DNA of 63,436 nucleotides from Alphaproteobacteria bacterium (GTDB lineage Bacteria > Pseudomonadota > Alphaproteobacteria > JAQWUY01), in contig JBMZFW010000001.1 of NCBI GenBank assembly GCA_049615605.1, forward strand, positions 1-63,436. Direction: 5' to 3'. Every line of letters starts with the position of its first letter. The first letter of the stretch is position 1. A program made the position numbers and the translations under genes. The notes below the pieces were generated by a model. That model had not been told where the DNA came from and searched no databases. It saw nothing but the letters and a program-made list of their open reading frames with translations. Shown here piece by piece: positions 19,357 to 29,486 of the stretch.

Positions 19357-21225
19357 TTATTCGTCTTCTTCGTAATATCCGCTAATATCACGCACCCCAC
19401 CAACGTCCGCTGATTGGGCAAATACTGAATATGCTTTTAATGCACGGGACACTTTTCTTTGTCTTTTTTCCACTGGTTTCCAAGCTTTTTTACCTTTTGA
19501 TTCCATATGTTTACGACGCATTTCTAATTCTTCATCAGAAATTAAAATATTAATTTTACGATTTGGAATATCAATTTCAATTCCGTCCCCTGCTTCCACA
19601 AGACCAATTGCCCCACCTTGGGCTGCCTCTGGTGAAGCGTGACCAATTGATAACCCCGATGTACCACCAGAAAATCGTCCGTCTGTTAATAACGCACATT
19701 CTTTACCAAGGCCCATAGATTTTAAATATGAAGTTGGATATAACATTTCTTGCATACCAGGTCCGCCTTTTGGACCTTCGTACCTGATTATTACCACATC
19801 GCCAGATTGCACTTCACCACCAAGGATTCCCGCAACTGCCGAATCTTGTGATTCAAAAATTCTAGCCGTACCTTTAAAGTACCAGTTTTCTTCGTCAACA
19901 CCTGCTGTTTTAACAACACAGCCCTTTTCCGCAATGTTTCCGTATAATACGGCAAGACCACCTTCTTGTGTATAAGCGTGTTCTTTGCTACGGATACAGC
20001 CTTCTTTACGATCCGTATCAAGGCTTTCCCATTTAACATTTTGTGAAAATGCTTCGGTTGTTCTTACATTACCTGGACCTGCTTTGTAAAATTCAATTAC
20101 TTCATCGCTTGGGTCATTCATAATGTCCCATTTATCAAGGGCTTCTTGTAAAGTTTTTGTATGTACCGTTGGCACATCATTATTAATTAATCCCGCACGG
20201 TTTAATTCGCCAAGTAATCCCATTACACCACCTGCACGGTGAACGTCTTCCATATGGAATTTTGTTGTTGCAGGGGCAACCTTTGAATAACAACCAACTT
20301 TGCGAGAGATTCGGTCAATATCATCAAGGGTGAAATCTGTTTCCGCTTCGTAAGCTGCGGCCAACAAGTGCAAGATAGTGTTTGTTGAACCACCCATTGC
20401 CACATCAAGAACCATACAGTTTTCAAAACCTTTTGGTGTTGCCATTGACCTTGGAAGAACGCTTTCGTCTTCGTCAATGTAATAACGTTTTGTCATTTCA
20501 ACAATTTTTCTGCCCGCTTCTAGGAATAATTCTTTTCGTTGTGCCGAAGTGGCAAGTAATGAACCATTACCTGGAAGACCAAGACCCAATGCTTCAACCA
20601 AACAATTCATTGAATTGGCGGTAAACATACCAGAACACGAACCACATGTTGGACAAGCCGAAACTTCCACCTTGCGAACTGTTTCATCGGAAACCTGTGG
20701 GTCGGCAGCATCAATCATTGCATCAACCAAATCAAGACGGCGAACAATACCGCTGTCGTCTGTTTCTGTTTTACCCGCTTCCATTGGTCCACCCGATACA
20801 AATATTGTTGGAATATTTAAGCGAAGTGCGGCATTTAACATACCTGGGGTAATTTTATCACAGTTTGAAATGCATACTAAGGCATCGGCACAATGGGCAT
20901 TTGCCATATATTCCACCGCATCAGAGATTACTTCCCTTGACGGTAATGAATAAAGCATTCCATCGTGTCCCATTGCAATACCATCATCAACGGCAATGGT
21001 ATTAAATTCTTTTGCCACACCGCCTGCTTTTTCAATTTCACGGGCAACCAATTGTCCAAGGTCTTTTAAGTGAACGTGACCCGGTACAAATTGCGTAAAG
21101 CTGTTTGCAATGGCAATAATTGGTTTACCAAAGTCTTCATCACACATACCAGTCGCACGCCATAAAGCACGTGCACCCGCCATATTGCGACCATGGGTTG
21201 AGGTTTTTGAACGATAATCTGGCAT
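19357..21225 (-). CDS. ilvD: Dihydroxy-acid dehydratase
   Basis: Listed ORF, 622 aa. Typical N-terminus [26 protein letters not shown] and Fe-S cysteine contexts. Confidence 0.96.
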   Translation of the reverse strand: MPDYRSKTSTHGRNMAGARALWRATGMCDEDFGKPIIAIANSFTQFVPGHVHLKDLGQLVAREIEKAGGVAKEFNTIAVDDGIAMGHDGMLYSLPSREVISDAVEYMANAHCADALVCISNCDKITPGMLNAALRLNIPTIFVSGGPMEAGKTETDDSGIVRRLDLVDAMIDAADPQVSDETVRKVEVSACPTCGSCSGMFTANSMNCLVEALGLGLPGNGSLLATSAQRKELFLEAGRKIVEMTKRYYIDEDESVLPRSMATPKGFENCMVLDVAMGGSTNTILHLLAAAYEAETDFTLDDIDRISRKVGCYSKVAPATTKFHMEDVHRAGGVMGLLGELNRAGLINNDVPTVHTKTLQEALDKWDIMNDPSDEVIEFYKAGPGNVRTTEAFSQNVKWESLDTDRKEGCIRSKEHAYTQEGGLAVLYGNIAEKGCVVKTAGVDEENWYFKGTARIFESQDSAVAGILGGEVQSGDVVIIRYEGPKGGPGMQEMLYPTSYLKSMGLGKECALLTDGRFSGGTSGLSIGHASPEAAQGGAIGLVEAGDGIEIDIPNRKINILISDEELEMRRKHMESKGKKAWKPVEKRQRKVSRALKAYSVFAQSADVGGVRDISGYYEEDE

Positions 21226-21229
21226 ATTC

Positions 21230-23866
21230 TTATCCTTTTAACTTTGCTATTGCTTGTTTTGTTTTTTCAATAATGTTTTCCGCTTCGGCTAGGCTGGCTT
21301 TATCTTTTTCAATAATATGTTCAGGTGCTTGGTCAAGGTATCCTTGTGAAGATAGCTTACCCCCGAACTTTTTTGCTTCGCCTTCTGCTTTTTTAAGAAC
21401 TTTTTCAAGTCTTGCAACTTCTGCGGTAATATCAATCGCACCATCAAGTGGAATGAATACTGTTGCTTCATCAATTAAGAATTGCGCCGAACCGTCAATA
21501 GCAGTATCAGTTTTATCCATACCACCAACTTTTGCAAGTTTCTTGATTAAGTCTATATTGTTATTTAAGTAATTCCATTTAACTTCATCAATTGATTGGA
21601 ACTTAATTGTTATTTCATTACCCGCAGGAATATTCATTTCTGCACGAGTTTTGCGAATTTCGCTAATCAATCTGCGAACCCAATCCATTTCAGATAAGGC
21701 ACCTGTATCAACTTTTCTTTCATCAATATCAATCCAACCAGAGCTGATTAACATTTTGTCTTTATCGCCAAATTCTTTCCATAATTGTTCTGATACAAAC
21801 GGAATAATTGGGTGAATTAATTTTAAGATATTTTTAAACACATACCCCATAGTTGTGCGTGTTTCATATATTAACTTTTCATCGTCTGACCAATATAATG
21901 GTTTTGAAAATTCCACATACCAATCACAGAATATACCCCTTACAAATTGATAAACAACGCTTGCACATTCAGAAAAACGATAATTGCTTACAGCTTTTTC
22001 AAAATCTTTTGTCGCTTTGTTAAGTTCACCAATAATCCAACGATTGGTTGGGTGTGTTGGGTGTGATATATCAAAGTCTTCCACTGGATATGCAAGGTTC
22101 ATTTCACAGAACTTTGCCGCATTCCATATTTTTGTCATAAGGCTTTTTGTACCTTCAACCCTTGATGTTGAAAATTTAATATCTTTCCCCGGTGTGGCAA
22201 GTGATGCCAATGTAAACCTTAGGGTATCTGCACCATAAGCATCCGCCATAAGTAATGGGTCAATTACATTACCTTTTGATTTTGACATTTTCGCACCGTG
22301 TTCATCAAGCACAAGTGCGTGAACGATTACCGTGTGGAATGGCTCTTTCCCCATAAAGTGGATACCAAACATCATCATTCGGGCAACCCAGAAGAATAAG
22401 ATATCAAAACCAGTTACCAAAATATCGTTTTGATAGAAGTTTTCTAAATCTGGTGTTTTATCAGGCCAACCCAATGTAGAAAACGGCCATAACGCAGATG
22501 AAAACCAAGTGTCAAGAACATCGTCATCGCGTTTTAAAACAACATCATCGCCGTATTTTGCTTTTGCTTGTTCATACGCACCTGCTTCTGTTTCAGAAAC
22601 AAATATACTTCCGTCTTCGTGGAACCAAGCTGGAATTTGATGCCCCCACCAAAGTTGGCGTGAAATACACCAAGGTTGAATATTGTTCATCCATTCGTAA
22701 TAAGTCTTTGTCCAGTTTTCAGGTACAATCTTTGTACGACCAGTTTCAACCGCTTCAATGGCTGGCTTTGCCAATGTCTTTGCATCAACATACCATTGAT
22801 CCGTTAAGTATGGTTCAATTGGAACCCCACCACGATCACCGTATGGAATTGTATGCGGGTAATCTTCGATCTTAACCAGATAACCTTTTTCATCCATATC
22901 TTTTACAACGGCTTCACGGGCGTCAAATCTGTCCATACCAATGTATTTTTCAGGACAGTTTTCATTCATCTTACCTTGCTTAGTCATAATATTTATAACT
23001 TCAAGGTTTTGTCTTTTACCAACTTCAAAGTCATTAAAGTCGTGTGCAGGTGTCATTTTTACCGCACCAGTACCTTGTTCAGGGTCTGGATATTCGTCCG
23101 CAACGATTGGAATTTCTTTACCAGTTAATGGTTGAATACATTTTTTACCAACCAAATCAGTATATCGTTCATCACTTGGGTGAACCGCAACACCAGTATC
23201 ACCAAGCATTGTTTCAGGACGTGTTGTACCAACAGTAATATTTACCCCGTCCATACCAACAACAGGGTAATTGAAATACCACATATGTCCGTCAACTTCT
23301 GTTTGAATTACTTCTAAGTCAGAAATAGCTGTTTCCAGTTTCGGGTCCCAGTTCACCAATCTTTTATCACGGTAAATTAAACCTTCTTCATATAATTGAA
23401 CGAATACTTTTAATACAGCTTTACTTAAACCTTCGTCCATTGTAAAGCGTTCTTTATCCCAATCAGTTGAATTACCAAGGCGTCTTTGTTGATGAACGAT
23501 TTGCCCGCCAGAGTGTTCTTTCCATTCCCATACTTTATCAAGGAATTTTTCACGTCCAAGGTCGTGTCTTTTAACACCGTCTTTATCAAGTAATCTTTCC
23601 ACAACCATTTGCGTGGCAATACCGGCGTGGTCAGTTCCTGGCACCCAAACTGTGTTATTTCCAGTCATTCGTTTATAACGAACAATAATGTCTTGCATTG
23701 TGTTGTTAAGTGCGTGCCCCATATGTAAATTACCAGTTACATTAGGCGGTGGAATTACAACAGAAAAGTTATCACCGCTACCTGTTGGTTTAAAGTGACC
23801 GCCCTTTTCCCATTCTTTGTAAATATCTTGTTCGCATTTTAATGGTTCAAATGTTTTTTCCAACAT
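21230..23866 (-). CDS. valS: Valine--tRNA ligase
   Basis: Listed ORF, 878 aa. HIGH-type motif ([12 protein letters not shown]), KMSKS, C-terminal coiled coil. Confidence 0.96.
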   Translation of the reverse strand: MLEKTFEPLKCEQDIYKEWEKGGHFKPTGSGDNFSVVIPPPNVTGNLHMGHALNNTMQDIIVRYKRMTGNNTVWVPGTDHAGIATQMVVERLLDKDGVKRHDLGREKFLDKVWEWKEHSGGQIVHQQRRLGNSTDWDKERFTMDEGLSKAVLKVFVQLYEEGLIYRDKRLVNWDPKLETAISDLEVIQTEVDGHMWYFNYPVVGMDGVNITVGTTRPETMLGDTGVAVHPSDERYTDLVGKKCIQPLTGKEIPIVADEYPDPEQGTGAVKMTPAHDFNDFEVGKRQNLEVINIMTKQGKMNENCPEKYIGMDRFDAREAVVKDMDEKGYLVKIEDYPHTIPYGDRGGVPIEPYLTDQWYVDAKTLAKPAIEAVETGRTKIVPENWTKTYYEWMNNIQPWCISRQLWWGHQIPAWFHEDGSIFVSETEAGAYEQAKAKYGDDVVLKRDDDVLDTWFSSALWPFSTLGWPDKTPDLENFYQNDILVTGFDILFFWVARMMMFGIHFMGKEPFHTVIVHALVLDEHGAKMSKSKGNVIDPLLMADAYGADTLRFTLASLATPGKDIKFSTSRVEGTKSLMTKIWNAAKFCEMNLAYPVEDFDISHPTHPTNRWIIGELNKATKDFEKAVSNYRFSECASVVYQFVRGIFCDWYVEFSKPLYWSDDEKLIYETRTTMGYVFKNILKLIHPIIPFVSEQLWKEFGDKDKMLISSGWIDIDERKVDTGALSEMDWVRRLISEIRKTRAEMNIPAGNEITIKFQSIDEVKWNYLNNNIDLIKKLAKVGGMDKTDTAIDGSAQFLIDEATVFIPLDGAIDITAEVARLEKVLKKAEGEAKKFGGKLSSQGYLDQAPEHIIEKDKASLAEAENIIEKTKQAIAKLKG

Positions 23867-23895
23867 AAATCATCTACCTCTTTGTATAATCTGTC

Positions 23896-24693
23896 TTATT
23901 TGTTTTTACGAACGTAATCAAAAATACGAGTAATTTCTTTTTGAACAATCTTTTCCACGATTTGTGGTAAGTGACCATTTAACCATGTTTTAATGAATTC
24001 ATTTTGCTTATCAAAGAATTCTTCTGGTAATTCGTCTTTGTGTTCTTCCAATATTTCAAGGATATCTTTAATAGATTGTTCCGTATTAAACGCTGAACGA
24101 CCGCTTACCATTGGTTTTTCTGCATTTGGATTACCAAGTTCCATAATATCCGAAAGCGGTGTTGGGATATCATCCCTTATCACATCAGGTGTATTTTCCG
24201 TTTGTTGTAAATCTTCTTCTGTTAATGGAACAGCATCTGGTGCATCTTTACCCGCAGAATTAACATGTTCCGTCATCATTGGTTGACCGCTATTGCTTAT
24301 TACAACAGATGCATCGTCAAGTTCGGCAGGTTGTTCAACCTTTTCAGGTACAATATTATTATCGTTTTCCATACCGCCATCTTGGATAGCTTTGCCTTCA
24401 TCAATGTCTTGTTGAATGTTTTTAAATATTTCATCTTCATTAACAACAGAAGAATTATTCATTATTGCCTGTTCAATTTCTTCAATATTGTTTGGTGCGG
24501 ATTGTTGTTGTGGCTGAACATCAGGTTCTGGTGCTGGTTGTTGTACCGGTGCAGGTTCAGGTTCTTTTGCTTGCTTTGGTTGTTTTTTTGCTTCTTCTTC
24601 GCCTTCATCCATAACCACGCTACGGATTGAAGTAAGAATATCGTCCAATGACATATCGTCTTTTTCTTTATCAGCCAATTTTTTATACTCCAC
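23896..24693 (-). CDS. DUF2497 / PopZ-like acidic, Pro/Gln-rich protein
   Basis: Listed ORF, 265 aa. N-terminal MSLDDILTSIRSVV and C-terminal WLNGHLPQIVEKIVQKEITRIF resemble the two conserved ends of PopZ. The middle is acidic low complexity. The ORF opens at GTG 24693. ATG 24654 (MSLDD...) is an alternative start. Confidence 0.7.
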   Translation of the reverse strand: MEYKKLADKEKDDMSLDDILTSIRSVVMDEGEEEAKKQPKQAKEPEPAPVQQPAPEPDVQPQQQSAPNNIEEIEQAIMNNSSVVNEDEIFKNIQQDIDEGKAIQDGGMENDNNIVPEKVEQPAELDDASVVISNSGQPMMTEHVNSAGKDAPDAVPLTEEDLQQTENTPDVIRDDIPTPLSDIMELGNPNAEKPMVSGRSAFNTEQSIKDILEILEEHKDELPEEFFDKQNEFIKTWLNGHLPQIVEKIVQKEITRIFDYVRKNK

Positions 24694-24801
24694 AAAATGA
24701 TAAATATTTTTAAATAACTTTTACTATTTTATAACATACATTTCAAGGGGTTTTCAGCTTAAAAAAACAGCATAATAGTTATAATGCCTATTTTGTGAAA
24801 A

Positions 24802-26085
24802 TTATTTTATTTTTTTAAGGTTTTCAGGGGTTAATTCATTGATAACAATTAACAATTCAAGGATTGATAATGCATGTTTTTCTTGTGCAGAAATATACAT
24901 TTGTTCCATTTGAATTTTCTTATCTTGTGCATCTAGTAAATCAGAACTTGTCGTTAAGCCATTTTTGTATTTAATGTTTTGCGCATCTAGTATTAATTTA
25001 CGCGATTCAAATGATTTTTTATAAGACTTTAATTCCTGTTGTGATGAAAGATATTTTTTCCAAGCATTCATTGCGTTAATTTCCGCCATTTGCAGGGCTT
25101 GATTATAAGCATAAGATGAATTCATTTTATCCGCTTTGCTTTTTGCAACACCACCAATGTCACGACCACCGCTAAATATTGGAACTTTATAATTTACCCC
25201 CATATAAACAGTATTCATTGAATTTGTTATATCCCTTTTAACAGACCCTATTGCATTCAATTCTGGTGAATGTGAAGCCAATGATATTTTGTAATTATAA
25301 TCTGCTATCTTTTTATCAAGTCCTGCAATTTTAACATCCATATTATCTTTTTTTGCTTTTTGAATAAGGCTGTCCATATCGCTTGGTAATTCAATCCCGC
25401 TCAAATCAATACTTGGCAGAACCTTTGGAATATCAACGCCTGTAATGTTTTTAAAATTAATTTTAGCCGAATTAAGTGATGTTTCCATATCAACTAGCTT
25501 TGCTTTATTTGAATAAAAACTTGATTCAGCTTGTAAATATTTTGTTTTTGTACTTGCGCCATTTTTAAATTTGATATTTTCAATATCCATTATTTTTTGG
25601 CTATTTTTCATAGCAACTTCATAAGATTGTTTTAACACCCTTATTTTTTTAACCGTGTAATAAACCTTACCAATTTGTAAAATAAAATTAGATACATTCT
25701 TTTTGTGATTTAATATTGATTTTTCTTTGGCAGTTTTTGCAAGATTAATGCCATTTGCTGTTTTAAGCCCGTTAAATAAGTTTTGATTTACGCTTAAATC
25801 AACGCTGTTGGAAGTAATAGTTTTTTTATCAATCTTTGTTTTACCCGCATTACCCTGTAATGTAACCGTTGGTAAAAATTCAGATTGTTTCATCTTTACA
25901 TCAATAAAAGATTTTTCAACCTGTTTTTCCGACATTTTAATTGCATCAGAATTCTTAATAGCAAGCCCAATTATCTTTGGAAAATCAAGGTTTTCAGTAT
26001 CAATGACAGTACCGCTTGTTTCAGACGCGAAACCGTATGTTGGAAACATAAGTGTTAATGCTGTTATTATTTTTATTTTATTCAT
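24802..26085 (-). CDS. tolC: TolC-family outer-membrane efflux protein
   Basis: Listed ORF, 427 aa. Signal peptide, two-repeat OEP architecture, conserved position next to the DUF2497 gene. Confidence 0.85.
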   Translation of the reverse strand: MNKIKIITALTLMFPTYGFASETSGTVIDTENLDFPKIIGLAIKNSDAIKMSEKQVEKSFIDVKMKQSEFLPTVTLQGNAGKTKIDKKTITSNSVDLSVNQNLFNGLKTANGINLAKTAKEKSILNHKKNVSNFILQIGKVYYTVKKIRVLKQSYEVAMKNSQKIMDIENIKFKNGASTKTKYLQAESSFYSNKAKLVDMETSLNSAKINFKNITGVDIPKVLPSIDLSGIELPSDMDSLIQKAKKDNMDVKIAGLDKKIADYNYKISLASHSPELNAIGSVKRDITNSMNTVYMGVNYKVPIFSGGRDIGGVAKSKADKMNSSYAYNQALQMAEINAMNAWKKYLSSQQELKSYKKSFESRKLILDAQNIKYKNGLTTSSDLLDAQDKKIQMEQMYISAQEKHALSILELLIVINELTPENLKKIK

Positions 26086-26169
26086 TTACCTAGCTATCAT
26101 TTTTTTAGATACTTTATATTAATTTAATACAATACTTTTACCCAATAATCAAAAGTATTTTGTTTTATG

Positions 26170-26198
26170 TTGACTATAATATAACAATACTGTATTAA
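26170..26198 (+). promoter_or_regulatory. Sigma-70-like promoter for tRNA-Cys
   Basis: TTGACT, 17 nt, TATTAA. The -10 ends 11 nt before the tRNA 5' end. Confidence 0.45.
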
Positions 26199-26209
26199 CC
26201 TTATTTGTT

Positions 26210-26283
26210 GGCGCGGTGGCGGAGTGGTTACGCAGAGGACTGCAAATCCTTGTACGCTGGTTCGATTCCAGTCCGCGCCTCCA
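26210..26283 (+). tRNA. tRNA-Cys (GCA), CCA encoded
   Basis: Acceptor GGCGCGG/CCGCGCC, anticodon loop CTGCAAA, T-arm with TTCGATT loop. Confidence 0.92.
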
Positions 26284-26293
26284 TTTTATTTTA

Positions 26294-26311
26294 GGGGCTG
26301 TGCCCCATTCG
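26294..26311. repeat. GGGGCTNTGCCCCATTCG motif, copy 1
   Basis: GGGGCTGTGCCCCATTCG, 10 nt after the tRNA-Cys 3' end. Second copy at 34867-34884 with similar T-rich upstream flank. Confidence 0.6.
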
Positions 26312-26455
26312 TTCCCCAAAATCATTATTTTTTTACCTTTGTATATATTATACGAAGGAATAATAAATTTTCGTCAAAAAAAAGAATATGAATTAAAGCA
26401 ACTTAAATTTATTTTAATTAGGTAATTAACAATAAAGCCGATTGGAGTATGTTGT

Positions 26456-26562
26456 TTAAATAGACTGTAGAGAGTTTAAAATAAAAAAAGGGAATGCGAA
26501 GGACTACAATAAGTAGTTAAGCATTCCCTTTTGAATATTTTAGACCTATACAGTCTATTTAA
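26456..26562. repeat. 107-nt nested palindromic element
   Basis: The outer arms are a 14-bp perfect inverted repeat: TTAAATAGACTGTA (26456-26469) and TACAGTCTATTTAA (26549-26562). They enclose a 12-bp perfect inner stem, and the loop holds a further ACTAC/GTAGT hairpin. The element ends 2 nt from the tRNA-Asn 3' end. Confidence 0.8.
26486..26532 (-). terminator. Intrinsic terminator of the tRNA-Lys/tRNA-Asn operon (inner stem of the palindromic element), possibly bidirectional
   Basis: AAAAGGGAATGC / GCATTCCCTTTT 12-bp stem. On the minus strand it is followed by TTTTTTTATTTT. On the plus strand it is followed by TTTTGAATATTTT. Confidence 0.75.
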
Positions 26563-26564
26563 TA

Positions 26565-26640
26565 TGGCTCCTGTGGCAGGACTCGAACCTGCGACATACG
26601 GATTAACAGTCCGCCGTTCTACCAACTGAACTACACAGGA
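26565..26640 (-). tRNA. tRNA-Asn (GTT), CCA encoded
   Basis: Acceptor TCCTGTG/CACAGGA, anticodon loop CTGTTAA, T-loop TTCGAGT. Confidence 0.92.
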
Positions 26641-26641
26641 A

Positions 26642-26717
26642 TGGTGATCGCGACAGGATTCGAACCTGTGACCTACTGATTAAAAGTCAGTTGCTCTACC
26701 AACTGAGCTACGCGACC
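26642..26717 (-). tRNA. tRNA-Lys (TTT), CCA encoded
   Basis: Acceptor GGTCGCG/CGCGATC, anticodon stem ACTGA/TCAGT with loop CTTTTAA. Lies 1 nt from tRNA-Asn. Confidence 0.92.
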
Positions 26718-26729
26718 GCATTCAAAAGG

Positions 26730-26758
26730 TTTATAACCATATATATAAAAAAGTGCAA
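26730..26758 (-). promoter_or_regulatory. Sigma-70-like promoter for the tRNA-Lys/tRNA-Asn pair
   Basis: Minus strand reads TTGCAC, 17 nt, TATAAA. The -10 ends 12 nt before the tRNA-Lys 5' end. Confidence 0.5.
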
Positions 26759-26788
26759 CCCTAAAATATCATTTTTTTGAAAAAAATT

Positions 26789-28564
26789 TTACACACACAC
26801 ATCTTCAACAATAAAACTAAGGTTTTCCTTGCCATTCCAAGTGTCAATCTTGACTTTTCCAAGCACAGAAACTGTCTTTGAATTGGTATTATCCACTACG
26901 CCTTTACCAAGATTAGAATCAAAACAATTAAAGCATATAGCCTTTATTCCATCACCACTTATGTAATCTTTTAAATAAAATGATACATGTTTATCATTTA
27001 TTACTTTTGCAGAGGTAATTAAAACATCTTTTAAAATGAATTTTGGTTCACTGTTGCCAACACCGAATGGTTCCAACTTTGATAATTTTTTACATAAATC
27101 TATGCTTAATGACTTTACCGATGTTACCTTTTGTGCAACAAGTTGTTTTGTTTCCACATCAACGGTTATTTCGTCTTTTAAATATTCAATGAATTCGTCT
27201 TTTTTATCTTTGGCAATTGATAAGCCCCCTGCCATTTTATGACCGCCACCTTTTTCAACAATACCCATTTGCATTGCCTTTACCAAGATTGTACCAATAT
27301 CAACATTACCAACTGAACGGGCAGAACCTTTTCCCATACCGTCTTTAAAGCTTATTACAATGGCGGGTTTATTATGTTTTTCTTTTAATCGGGACGCACA
27401 TATACCAACGATACCTTCGTTCCAATCGTTGCCAAATACGCAAATAAAGTTGCCATAATCACCATCAATTTCAATCTGGTTATTTATATCAAATAATATT
27501 TGTTCTTCTTCTGATTGGCGTTGTTTATTTAAATCGTTTGCTTTGCCCGCCAATTGGTTTGCAATTGTATCATCATTTGACAACAATATCTTTGTAGCAA
27601 GCCCTGAATCGCCCATACGACCACCTGCATTTAATCTTGGTCCCAATATAAAGCCAAGGTGATAACTTTTTATCTTGCTGTCAATTCCCGCCACATCAGA
27701 TAAATGTTTTAACCCCGTATTAGTGCGACTTGTTATAACCTTTAACCCTTGATTAACAAAAGCACGATTTATACCCGTTAACGGCATTACATCACATACA
27801 GTGCCAAGACCAACCAAATCAAGCCAATTTAATAAATTAGGTTCTTTTGTTTTTTCAAAATGCCCCATATCCCTTAAATGTCGGTTTAATCCAACCAATA
27901 CATAAAAACAAACGCCAACCGCACAAATATATCCCATACCAGATTCATCGTCCAATCTGTTTGGGTTAACCAGTGCCTTTACATCAGGTAATTTAGCTTC
28001 AGCGATATGGTGATCAATTACACACACGGCAATATTCAGTTCTTTTGCTTGTTCCATTACATCAAATGAAGTTGTCCCACAATCAACACAGACAATTAAA
28101 TCAGCCCCCTGTTGTTTAAGGCTTTTAAATGAATCAATATTTGCACCATAACCTTCTTCACGACTTGGAATATGGTATAAAACATTTATACCAAGTGCGG
28201 ATAAGTATTTTATAAAGATAGCCGTTGATGTTGCCCCGTCCACATCATAATCACCAAATATTGCGATAGTTTTATTATTGGTAATTGCATTTGATAATGT
28301 ATCAATCATTAAATCCATATCTTTGAATTTTAATGGATCAATCATTTCATTTTTAATTGATGGATTTAAAAAGTCTTGAACATCACTTACGGGGATATTT
28401 TTACCCGCAAGAATACTTGCAATTTCAATGGGAAGCGAATGATTTACAGATATTTCATTTTCAAGAAAGCCATCAACATTTGCTGTGTACCAAGTGGCAC
28501 CAAGTAAAGATGACCCTGTTTCAAATTTTATCTTATCCGTCATGTTTTCCGACAAATCGTTCAA
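26789..28564 (-). CDS. recJ: Single-stranded-DNA-specific exonuclease RecJ
   Basis: Listed ORF, 591 aa. DHH motifs (GDYDVDGATS, VIDHH) and DHHA1 GGGHKMAGG. The start is uncertain, with a second ATG 21 nt downstream. Confidence 0.93.
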   Translation of the reverse strand: MNDLSENMTDKIKFETGSSLLGATWYTANVDGFLENEISVNHSLPIEIASILAGKNIPVSDVQDFLNPSIKNEMIDPLKFKDMDLMIDTLSNAITNNKTIAIFGDYDVDGATSTAIFIKYLSALGINVLYHIPSREEGYGANIDSFKSLKQQGADLIVCVDCGTTSFDVMEQAKELNIAVCVIDHHIAEAKLPDVKALVNPNRLDDESGMGYICAVGVCFYVLVGLNRHLRDMGHFEKTKEPNLLNWLDLVGLGTVCDVMPLTGINRAFVNQGLKVITSRTNTGLKHLSDVAGIDSKIKSYHLGFILGPRLNAGGRMGDSGLATKILLSNDDTIANQLAGKANDLNKQRQSEEEQILFDINNQIEIDGDYGNFICVFGNDWNEGIVGICASRLKEKHNKPAIVISFKDGMGKGSARSVGNVDIGTILVKAMQMGIVEKGGGHKMAGGLSIAKDKKDEFIEYLKDEITVDVETKQLVAQKVTSVKSLSIDLCKKLSKLEPFGVGNSEPKFILKDVLITSAKVINDKHVSFYLKDYISGDGIKAICFNCFDSNLGKGVVDNTNSKTVSVLGKVKIDTWNGKENLSFIVEDVCV

Positions 28565-29486
28565 CTTTACGATTTAATGAAGATACGATTAAGCTTTCTG
28601 CTGTGAATGTATTGCCGTCTTGTTTAACACCACGACCGAATATCCCGTCAGTAATGCTTGTACCACAGAATAATAATTCACCTTTTGCTAAATCATCAAT
28701 GTTGTATATTTTATCAATATCATTAAGTCCCATTGATTTCATTCGTTCAATTTGTTCATCGTCTTCTGGTGTAAGGGTTGCTTGCATTTGCCCACCAAGA
28801 CACGCAAGTGCAGCCGCAGATACCACGCCTTCTGGTGCGCCACCTTTGCCGATAAAGATATCAACTGCTTCTGGGTCATTTGCATCAAGTGTTGTTGCAA
28901 TAACACCCGCCACATCACCATCACCAAGCAATTTTAATTCACACCCAAGTTCTTTGGCATCATCAATAATATGATTGTGTCTGTCACGCTCAAGCGTACA
29001 TACAACCATTTCCGATAATGGTTTGTTTTTTGCCGTTGCAACAGCAATTATATTTTCTTTTGCTGATTTGGTAATATCAATAACACCATTTGGAAGTCCA
29101 CCACCAACAGCAATTTTATCCATATACATATCAGGTGCGTTAAGCATATTCCCCTTTTCAGATAATGCGATTACAACACAGCTTCCCGGTAATCCTTTGG
29201 CACACGGGGTTGTACCATCAATTGGGTCAACGGCAATATCAATTTCATCGCCATTGCCTGTTCCAACTTCTTCACCAATATAAAGCATTGGTGCTTCGTC
29301 CATTTCGCCTTCACCAATTACAATAACACCACGCATATCAATTTCATTTAAACCTTCACGCAATGTATCGGTTGCCACACCATCGGCACCCATTTTATCG
29401 TTTTTACCAACGAATGGGAAACTAGCAACAGCGGTTTGTTCGCTTATTTTTAATATTTGCTGTATAAGATTTTTATTTTTAAACAT
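28533..29486 (-). CDS. glpX: Fructose-1,6-bisphosphatase class II
   Basis: Listed ORF 28533..29492 opens at TTG. ATG 29486 gives a TAATG 1-nt overlap with the hom stop, the pattern seen elsewhere in this window. Typical GlpX sequence. Confidence 0.92.
   Translation of the reverse strand: MFKNKNLIQQILKISEQTAVASFPFVGKNDKMGADGVATDTLREGLNEIDMRGVIVIGEGEMDEAPMLYIGEEVGTGNGDEIDIAVDPIDGTTPCAKGLPGSCVVIALSEKGNMLNAPDMYMDKIAVGGGLPNGVIDITKSAKENIIAVATAKNKPLSEMVVCTLERDRHNHIIDDAKELGCELKLLGDGDVAGVIATTLDANDPEAVDIFIGKGGAPEGVVSAAALACLGGQMQATLTPEDDEQIERMKSMGLNDIDKIYNIDDLAKGELLFCGTSITDGIFGRGVKQDGNTFTAESLIVSSLNRKVERFVGKHDG

Noticed and set aside
19068-19421. Listed 117-aa minus-strand ORF
   Set aside because: It runs through the intact tRNA-Ser, both terminator hairpins and the tRNA fragment, and overlaps the ilvD 3' end out of frame. 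It is an artefact of an open frame across RNA genes.
26216-26425. Listed 69-aa plus-strand ORF
   Set aside because: It starts inside tRNA-Cys (26210-26283) and continues into AT-rich spacer. It has no RBS and no coding character.
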